The translations under genes were made by a program, and so were the position numbers. This document shows positions 57,001 to 64,000 of a DNA stretch of 64,000 bases, in pieces. Origin of the DNA: Verrucomicrobiota bacterium (GTDB taxonomy: Bacteria; Verrucomicrobiota; Verrucomicrobiia; Limisphaerales; AAA164-E04). The stretch's first letter is position 1. Each line of letters begins with the position of its first letter. The DNA is taken from contig CP170459.1 of assembly GCA_047947115.1 (NCBI GenBank), forward strand, positions 2,144,001 through 2,208,000. The letters are read 5' to 3'. Below the pieces are notes generated by a model that saw only the letters and a list, made by a program, of their open reading frames with translations, was not told the DNA's origin and ran no database searches.

Positions 57001-59982
57001 TTACTCCTCGGCTTTGTTACAAATACGGAAGAAGCAGCACTCTCCGTTCAACTCCACATAAACCGAAGTGACGTCGGTTTGTTCGGGTGATACCGACAGC
57101 AGATTCATGGGGTTTCCGGTTTCAATTGCAAAGGGCACCTGTTCCCAATCACCGTCCAGTCCTTCCGATGCTTCCACGATCATGGAAGACTGGAATGGTG
57201 TGTCGCTGACCAACTGAAGGCAGGGCGCATCCTCGCCTTCTCCTGCCACGAACACGGAACGCAGGTTTGGGCGGTTGGTGTCTGTGGTGGCTGGGATGAG
57301 GTGCAGCGGAACCATGGTGGCTGTTTGGGTGGCTTGGCCTTCTTGACGCCAGTAGAGGTTGAGCGAGGCGAGGGTGTGAATCTCGTTCAGATCTATATTG
57401 TTTGTTTTCCAATCCATGGCGATGCGAACCACTTTGGATTCGCCAGGGCCAATTTCGATGATGTTTGTCCACACTTCGTTCAGTTTGTCGCTGCCCTGTT
57501 TGAAACCGAGCAAACGACTGGTTTCCGTGGCGACCAATTGCAGGCGTGCGCTGGTTGCCAGGGGGTTCTCAATGACGAATCCAACATCCACGGCAGCACC
57601 AACTGGCACGGCGACCAATCCGGGCTGGGGGTTCTGCGGGTTGCCTTCGCCCATGTGTTTCACTGCAGGATCATCGGTTGCTTTCAGCTGGCTGCGGCAG
57701 AAGCTCTTTTCTCCGGTCGCCGTATCCACCATGGAAAATCCCCACCAGGCGCAGGGCAATTGTCCCTGCATCAATTTTTCGCAACTGATGGCCACTGGGA
57801 TTTCAATGCATTCTCCCGCGGGGACTGCCACCATACCGGATGATGGGGTGAAATCATTGACAGCATCCAAAACCACAGGGCAGTCGGGTGTGGGGGGCGG
57901 CAGTTCGATTTTCCATTGGATTTCCCGATCCTTATCGGATTTGTTGCAGATGACCAACAGCGTCTTGGCGAACTGCTCGTTGGGACAGCAATACACCACT
58001 TCAGGCAACCAGCAGCAGATCCCTTCCTCGTTGGGTTGGTCTTTCTTGGGAACGTCGAAACAGAGCGTCCGCAGGCAGCAGGTTTCCAACTGTTCATTGT
58101 GGAAGGTGAGCGGAAGTTTGGCCTGTTGACCGGGGATGACACCGGTTACCTTGAAGCAGATGACTCTCGATTCTCCTGGAGCGAGGGGAGGAGTCAATGT
58201 TACGAAAGAAGGATCGGTGGTCATGCCGGAAGAGGGATCGGGCAGAGTGTAGATGTAATAAAGGTCTCCGGTTCCCTGGTTGGTCACTTGCAAGCACACC
58301 TCGGCTATGGCGGTTCCGTCGGCCTGTAGTTCCAGGCATTCGACTGATTCAACCGCGAGTTCCACGCAGCCGCATTCGGGGATGTGGATCCGCACTTTCT
58401 TGGTGCAGCATTCTTTGAGTTGACCCTGTTCCAGTGCCAGTAGTGTGACATTGAAACAGATTTCCGTGCCCGGAACCACACCAAGTAGTTCGATGTCGCT
58501 CAGTGTGATCGGATCTCCGTCTGCCAGGGCTGGGACCAGTGGGAATTGATTCGGTACCAGTCCGGTGATTCCGGTGTCGGGTGTTATCAATGCCCAGTGA
58601 ACATCCTGGCCGGATTGATTGGTGATGTCGAAGTCGACCGTGTAGTTTCCTCCTTCTTCAGTCGGGCATTCGATTTCAATGTTTTCGACAAGCATGCAAT
58701 CGCAATCATTCCAGATGGCGAGCGCTCCGATGAGAGTTTTGTCCTGATGAACGATGTCGCCGTCCAGATCGATCAAAACACTGTTGGCGGTGGCCGGTGT
58801 GTCGGCTGCATTGCCACCAGCCTGGATGCGTTGGACGCCGTAAATGTTTCCGTGGAGGATGTCCCCGGTGACCCAGACGTTCTCATCACAGTCTGCCACG
58901 ACGCCTCCTGCACTGAGTTTGGTGCTGTCACCCACGCGGTATTGGTTTTCTGGATTGGCGGTCCAGGTGGTTGTGTCGCCGCTGTAGGAAAGGACGCGAG
59001 CCTGATGCACTCCATCCCATCTGTAGTAACGTTCCGCCAGCAGCATCATGCCGGCTGGTGAGAAATCGATGGAAGCGACAGGCTGGGAGTAGCTGGTGAA
59101 TGCGTCGCGGGGTGGCAGGGTGATTTCAAGCAGTGCCGTTGCGGGCAGGAATTTGCCTGTGGCCGGGTCCAGACCAACGGACCAGATTTCATTGGAAAGC
59201 GTTGCCGAAGGGTTGACTTTATCTTCCCACCAGACGCCATAGTAAAGCCGGTCTTTAAATGCCTTCACGCCCCAGACGCGACGTCCCAATGCAGACAAGG
59301 TGTTTGGAGTCCCGGCATCAGGAATGGGCGGCAATGCCATGGCGGCACGTCCGTCGACCCCGTGGTTGTAGGTGATGGGTTCCACCAACAGGGTGCCTGC
59401 ATGGATGCGATAAATCAGTCCGTCTTCGAAACTGCTGACATACAACCAGCTATTACCTGATCCACTTTCCCAATGGCAGAGGTTGCCCAGAGAGGCATTA
59501 CCGGTTCCTGGGATCGTGACCGAGCTGATATTACCTGATGTGCCATCCAGACGATAAACAGCTCCGTGACCTCCTGGCCCTGGAGGGAAGTTTCCATACA
59601 CTGTGGTTGCCGCCACATAGATGTTGGGGTTTGGTTCACGGTCAATGGTGACACCAAATACCTCGCCCAGATTTGCTGCTGTCCAGACCTGAGGCGATCC
59701 TTCATTGTGAAACGCCCAACCCGGAGGCATGAGCCAATTGGTGCCGAGTGTGGCGCCATCACCTATTGGATCGCTGGTATCCATGATCCCGATGACATAA
59801 TTGCTGGGGTCCGGTATGACCGCATTGTTACTGGTGCCCGAGAAACAGGTCACCACGAGTTGATTGGGTTGCAGCGGGAGACCTGCTGCTCCCTGGGTGG
59901 GTTGTGTCCATCCGAACAGTGCCAATAGGGTGCACAGATGTGTTAGTCCGAAAGTACGGACCTTGTTCAAGGCTTGATACAT
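57001..59982 (-). CDS. Large secreted protein: beta-propeller + Cys-rich Ig-like repeats + C-terminal FFRI sorting-like domain
   Basis: Signal peptide; LGEVFGVTID..IYVAAT and RVWGVKAFKDRLYY blades; two ~110-aa repeats ending in CC; terminal VEASEGLDGDW...FFRI. Confidence 0.75.
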   Translation of the reverse strand: MYQALNKVRTFGLTHLCTLLALFGWTQPTQGAAGLPLQPNQLVVTCFSGTSNNAVIPDPSNYVIGIMDTSDPIGDGATLGTNWLMPPGWAFHNEGSPQVWTAANLGEVFGVTIDREPNPNIYVAATTVYGNFPPGPGGHGAVYRLDGTSGNISSVTIPGTGNASLGNLCHWESGSGNSWLYVSSFEDGLIYRIHAGTLLVEPITYNHGVDGRAAMALPPIPDAGTPNTLSALGRRVWGVKAFKDRLYYGVWWEDKVNPSATLSNEIWSVGLDPATGKFLPATALLEITLPPRDAFTSYSQPVASIDFSPAGMMLLAERYYRWDGVHQARVLSYSGDTTTWTANPENQYRVGDSTKLSAGGVVADCDENVWVTGDILHGNIYGVQRIQAGGNAADTPATANSVLIDLDGDIVHQDKTLIGALAIWNDCDCMLVENIEIECPTEEGGNYTVDFDITNQSGQDVHWALITPDTGITGLVPNQFPLVPALADGDPITLSDIELLGVVPGTEICFNVTLLALEQGQLKECCTKKVRIHIPECGCVELAVESVECLELQADGTAIAEVCLQVTNQGTGDLYYIYTLPDPSSGMTTDPSFVTLTPPLAPGESRVICFKVTGVIPGQQAKLPLTFHNEQLETCCLRTLCFDVPKKDQPNEEGICCWLPEVVYCCPNEQFAKTLLVICNKSDKDREIQWKIELPPPTPDCPVVLDAVNDFTPSSGMVAVPAGECIEIPVAISCEKLMQGQLPCAWWGFSMVDTATGEKSFCRSQLKATDDPAVKHMGEGNPQNPQPGLVAVPVGAAVDVGFVIENPLATSARLQLVATETSRLLGFKQGSDKLNEVWTNIIEIGPGESKVVRIAMDWKTNNIDLNEIHTLASLNLYWRQEGQATQTATMVPLHLIPATTDTNRPNLRSVFVAGEGEDAPCLQLVSDTPFQSSMIVEASEGLDGDWEQVPFAIETGNPMNLLSVSPEQTDVTSVYVELNGECCFFRICNKAEE

Positions 59983-60351
59983 GTTGTCCTCCTCTTGTTG
60001 GTTGAAGTTTTCCTTGTCCGTACCCGTGTTCGTTCGGGGCTAAGCCCAAGCTGGCGGGGAACGTCAATCCTGTTTGAAGATTGTAATTAATTGGAAAGCA
60101 ATCTGTGTTCCATTCGCAGGGCTGATAAAAGGACGGAGGAAACGGGGATGATGGAGTTTTTGGAAAGGGAGGGCGGGAAGGCGGATCGGACCGTCGGCCC
60201 GCTCGCGTCAGCTACACGGATGTATGGTGTATGTCACACAGACGGCTCCCCGAAATGTAAAGCAAATGTAATTATGGCTGCCCCAAAACGATGTGCTGGG
60301 GACGTCTCATTCGAAATGGGTCCACACTTGTGCAAGCGCCGCTACGGGATG

Positions 60352-60388
60352 AAAAAAACCGACAATGCCTTGAGGCATTGCCGGTTTT
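60352..60388 (-). terminator. rpsB-tsf operon terminator
   Basis: AAAAAAACCGACAATGCC-ttga-GGCATTGCCGGTTTT. Confidence 0.85.
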
Positions 60389-60415
60389 GGTCAATTTGTT
60401 AAATATGGGATTAAA

Positions 60416-61252
60416 TCAAGCTTCGCCTTCGCCCACTTGGAAGCGGAGGAAGCGGCGGATGGTGATTTCATCGCCGAGTTCTTTGCTGACGTTCGCGACG
60501 TGTTCTTTGACGGTCAGTTCACCGTTTTTCACGAAACCCTGGTCGATCAGGCAGATGCCCTGGAAGAACTTATCCATTTTGCCTTCCACAATCTTTTCGA
60601 CTGCCTGGGCAGGTTTGTCCTTGAATTGTTCCGCAGCGATTTCCTTTTCCTTGGCGATCAAAGCAGGATCCACCGATTCACGACTGACAGCCGTTGGATT
60701 GGCTGCTGCGATTTGCAGGGTGATGTCCTTGACCAGGCTCTTGAAGGCATCCTTGCTGGGGGTGTCTTCCTTCCCGCATCCTACTTCAGCCAGTACGCCT
60801 ACTTTGGCGCCGGTGTGGATGTAAGCGGCAACCATGCCGCTGCCTTCAACTTCGAGTGTCTTGTGGCGTCCGATCTGGATGTTCTCTCCCACCTTTGTCA
60901 CCTGTGTGGTGCGGATGGCTTCGAAATCAGCATCAGGCTGTTCCACCAGGGTCTTGGCTACTTCATTGCAGAATTCGCCAAAGACTTCGTTTTTAGCCAC
61001 GAAATCAGTTTCACAATTTACCTCGACCAAAAGGCCAAGTTTGCCGTCCGGACGGATATAGTGGGCGATGACGCCCTCATTGGCGGCACGTCCAGCTTTC
61101 TTTGCGGCGGTGGCGACACCTTTCTTGCGAAGGACATCGACGGCGGCGTCGATATCGCCATTGGTTTCAGTCAGCGCCTTTTTACAATCCATAAGCCCCG
61201 CGTTGGTCATGCGGCGCAATTCGCCAACCAGAGCTGCGGTTATTTCTGCCAT
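60416..61252 (-). CDS. tsf: Elongation factor Ts
   Basis: ELRRMTNAGLMDCKKAL, EVNCETDFVA and RFQVGEG motifs. Confidence 0.98.
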   Translation of the reverse strand: MAEITAALVGELRRMTNAGLMDCKKALTETNGDIDAAVDVLRKKGVATAAKKAGRAANEGVIAHYIRPDGKLGLLVEVNCETDFVAKNEVFGEFCNEVAKTLVEQPDADFEAIRTTQVTKVGENIQIGRHKTLEVEGSGMVAAYIHTGAKVGVLAEVGCGKEDTPSKDAFKSLVKDITLQIAAANPTAVSRESVDPALIAKEKEIAAEQFKDKPAQAVEKIVEGKMDKFFQGICLIDQGFVKNGELTVKEHVANVSKELGDEITIRRFLRFQVGEGEA

Positions 61253-61285
61253 AATGTTCAGTTTCTAAATAAGAGATCAGTTGTT

Positions 61286-61318
61286 AAAAAAAAGTTCCCG
61301 CCCAGTTGGCTGGGCGGG
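61286..61318 (-). terminator. Intercistronic attenuator-like hairpin between rpsB and tsf
   Basis: Minus strand CCCGCCCAG-ccaa-CTGGGCGGG-aac-U8. Confidence 0.75.
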
Positions 61319-61334
61319 CTGAAAGGCTTGCTTA

Positions 61335-62210
61335 CTAAGCGGAAGGCTTGTCACCTTCGGTTCCCTCTGCTGAAGCCGGAGCAGGTGCTTCGACGGGAGC
61401 CACTGCTGGTGCTGCAGGTTCCGGGGCGGCTTCCACGGGAGGAGGCGCTACAGGGGCAACTGCCGGCGCGGCTGCTTCGGCTGCCGCTGCTTCCGCTTTT
61501 TCTTCCGAATCAGGCGTGCTTGCCTGACGTTCCTTGCGGCTGCCTTGCAGTTTTTCCTGAATGGCCGCCAGTACGACGCGGATGGAACGGATGGAATCGT
61601 CGTTTCCGGGGATCGGGTAGTCGACCTGTGTGGGGTCGCAATTGGTGTCCACCAAAGCCACGATGGGAATCCGCAATTTGCGGGCTTCCGCTACCGCGTT
61701 GTGTTCACGCTTTAGATCGACGATGAAAATGGCGTCCGGATACTTGTCCATGTGACGGATACCGTCCAGGTTGCGGTGCAAACGGGAGGCTTCACGGCGA
61801 AGCATGGATTGCTCTTTTTTGCCGTAATCGCTGAGCGTGCCGTCTTGCTCCATTTTTTCAATTTCCTGGAGTCGTTTCAAAGACTTCTTGATGGTCTTGA
61901 GGTTGGTCATCATACCACCCAGCCAACGTTCGGTGACGTAATGCTGTCCACAGGCGCTTGCCACTTCCTTGGTCGCAGCCTGAGCTTGCTTCTTGGTGCC
62001 GACAAACAGTACCTGGCCGCCATTGGCGACTTTTTTGGACAGGAAGTCGATGGCTTCCTGTAAGAGGGTCGCCGTCTGGTTGAGGTTGATGACGTGGATG
62101 CCGTTGCGTGCCTCAAAAATAAAAGGCTTCATGGCTGGGTTCCAACGACGGGTCTGGTGTCCAAAATGAACACCTGCTTCTAATAATTCTTTAACGCCTA
62201 TTTGACTCAC
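61335..62210 (-). CDS. rpsB: 30S ribosomal protein S2
   Basis: [34 protein letters not shown] and DTNCDP..PGNDD motifs; GTG start; Ala/Pro-rich tail. Confidence 0.98.
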   Translation of the reverse strand: MSQIGVKELLEAGVHFGHQTRRWNPAMKPFIFEARNGIHVINLNQTATLLQEAIDFLSKKVANGGQVLFVGTKKQAQAATKEVASACGQHYVTERWLGGMMTNLKTIKKSLKRLQEIEKMEQDGTLSDYGKKEQSMLRREASRLHRNLDGIRHMDKYPDAIFIVDLKREHNAVAEARKLRIPIVALVDTNCDPTQVDYPIPGNDDSIRSIRVVLAAIQEKLQGSRKERQASTPDSEEKAEAAAAEAAAPAVAPVAPPPVEAAPEPAAPAVAPVEAPAPASAEGTEGDKPSA

Positions 62211-62548
62211 AGTATTTGTTTTCCATTGGTTGCCGGCCTCGTATTTCCTTTGTGAAATCGGACCGTCCCGCGGAATACGGGATTGATTCGGTGTTGTTGT
62301 GGCCTACCTTGACGCACTCGCGTCCTGGATTTACCGACCGTTCACATACCCAAATAATATTCCTCCCCACCGTCACTCGACGGCGAAAAGAGCGGAAAAA
62401 ATACCAAATAATGGGCTGGGAGCAATGATTAATTGAAGTTTTTTGGAAGTTTTAACAATGAAGGATTTGGATGCCATACTGATTCTATGACTCATCTCCT
62501 GCTTTTCAGATGTCTATTTCTGTGATCTATTTGAATTTAGGGACAGGC

Positions 62549-63340
62549 ATGAATATTCCAAATCTTTCAGAACCGGGATCAGACGGACAAGAGCTCAGCG
62601 CATTAAAAGCGGAGCATGCGCCGCATGCCATTCGAAGGCGATTGGATCAGGGGCCGGAACACCCTTATCTCAAGGATTTTATCTACGGCGCAGTGGATGG
62701 TGCGGTGACCACGTTTGCAGTGGTTTCCGGCGTGGCCGGGGCCGGATTGTCCAGTGGGGTCATCATCATTCTTGGATTGGCGAACCTTGTGGCGGATGGA
62801 TTCAGTATGGCGGCGAGCAATTTTCTGGGTTCCAGGGCTGAATCGCAGATGCGAGAAAAAGCTCGTGCACAGGAGCACCGGCACATTGATCTGATACCTG
62901 ATGGAGAACGTGAAGAGATTCGTCAGATTTTCGCAAACAAGGGCTTTGAAGGGGCGGACCTGGAAAATGCGGTCAAAGTGATCACTTCGGATCGGGCGCG
63001 TTGGGTGGAGACCATGTTGCAGGAGGAGCATGGGCTGGCTTCCAAACCAACATCAGAATGGAAATCCGCCATTTCCACCTTTGTGGCATTCGTTATTGTC
63101 GGTGCCATTCCCCTCGTCACTTTTTTGGTAAACTGGGTGGTTCCCGGGGCCTTTGCACATCCCTTTCTGTGGTCCAGTTTGTTGACCGGGTTTGCGTTTT
63201 TTGCCGTTGGAGTTGCCAAGGCGAAATTTGTCGATCTCTCGAAATGGAAATCCGGACTCGAAACCCTCATGGTCGGCGGTGGGGCCGCCGTGTTGTCCTA
63301 CTTGATCGGGATGGCGTTGCGGGGGATGATTCCCGCCTAA
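62549..63340 (+). CDS. VIT1/CCC1 family iron/manganese transporter
   Basis: DFIYGAVDGAVTTFAVV, ANLVADGFSMA and EEHGL motifs. Confidence 0.93.
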   Translation: MNIPNLSEPGSDGQELSALKAEHAPHAIRRRLDQGPEHPYLKDFIYGAVDGAVTTFAVVSGVAGAGLSSGVIIILGLANLVADGFSMAASNFLGSRAESQMREKARAQEHRHIDLIPDGEREEIRQIFANKGFEGADLENAVKVITSDRARWVETMLQEEHGLASKPTSEWKSAISTFVAFVIVGAIPLVTFLVNWVVPGAFAHPFLWSSLLTGFAFFAVGVAKAKFVDLSKWKSGLETLMVGGGAAVLSYLIGMALRGMIPA

Positions 63341-63557
63341 GCCGTATCTATGCAGTTTATCCGCACCACCGCAGACGCGGGATCTACGAGATGTCACAGA
63401 TTTACGCAGATATAGAAGAAAGATCCATTCGAATGGCAGCTGAAATTTGGGACACTATTTGGTGAATCACTTTGAAGAGATCAAATTTGGCTTTATACCC
63501 AATATCTGCGTTCATCTGCGCCATCCGCGGATTCCTAATTGAATGATTACGGCTAAG
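63337..63557. mobile_element. Putative MITE-like non-autonomous element with nested inverted repeats
   Basis: Imperfect terminal IRs (CTAAGCCGTATCTATGCAG / TTGAATGATTACGGCTAAG) and an internal 17-bp IR with 2 mismatches (63397-63413 / 63502-63518). Confidence 0.45.
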
Positions 63558-63843
63558 TGGTTTTTGTTCATCAAGGTATACGTTTTGGAACTCGAGATTG
63601 TTTCAGGCATTGTGAGGATAGTAAATTTGGTAGATCGGATCAGCTCGTCCTGCGACTGCTTGGATCTCGATCCGTCCCTTTAGCGTGAGCTGCGCGCATG
63701 CGTGTATGACGTGCGCGTTGGGGATTTCCTTTGGGTGGTGAAAAGCAGGGGATGTGGGGCATGAGGGTTGCGCGACCAGACGCCACGCTCTACCTGCGGA
63801 GGAAATTCACCATTCACTCTTTTAAATTCACCATTTAAAAGCG

Positions 63844-64000
63844 TTACGCTTTTAGAATGGGGTTCAGGATGTGTGCATCTTCGACACCGGTCAGGCGGGC
63901 GTCCAGGCCCTGGAATTTGACGCTGAGTCGGCGGTGATCGATGCCGAGGAGGTGGAGCATGGTGGCGTGGAGGTCGCGGACATGGGTGACGTTTTCGACG
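63844..64000 (-). CDS. C-terminus of a DUF1501 family protein (runs off the window)
   Basis: Minus-strand translation [51 protein letters not shown]. Confidence 0.9.
   Translation of the reverse strand, partial: VENVTHVRDLHATMLHLLGIDHRRLSVKFQGLDARLTGVEDAHILNPILKA

Noticed and set aside
60437..61726. 429-aa plus-strand ORF
   Set aside because: Antisense shadow of tsf and rpsB.

Overview
This is a gene-dense bacterial chromosomal window with a PVC-superphylum signature, most likely Verrucomicrobiota. The signature includes a PVC-type CxxCH heme/dehydrogenase protein, DUF1080, a DUF1501 fragment, two prepilin-type H-X9-DG proteins, a PGN-type EF-P and a methyltransferase/PQQ-propeller protein. 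Housekeeping genes (proB, mazG, pdxJ, efp, gatC-gatA, tsf, rpsB) are interspersed with secreted enzymes (sulfatase, PhoA-type alkaline phosphatase, amidohydrolase, S8 protease) and transport or envelope genes (ABC exporter, ExbB-ExbD-TonB-like, ComEC, SurA/PpiD-like, VIT1). I saw no rRNA, tRNA, CRISPR array, integrase or transposase. The most notable observations: (1) a recurring 'DKT' candidate FHA-ligand motif links an AAA_35-FHA protein to a membrane Ser/Thr kinase that is split by two homopolymer frameshifts; (2) a subtilase with a secretin/TonB-type N-terminal domain sits directly behind a divergent GspE/PilB ATPase; (3) an exbB-exbD-tonB-like/Zn-ribbon/vanZ/comEC run contains a strongly structured ~180-nt intergenic RNA candidate; (4) a DUF4405-DUF2271-like fusion carries a flavinylation motif; (5) an ACP is followed by two paralogous membrane-anchored helical-repeat proteins; (6) a toxin-antitoxin pair has a toxin killed by two nonsense codons; (7) attC-like, MITE-like and REP-like palindromes are present. 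All family calls come from motif recognition by eye, not from database searches.
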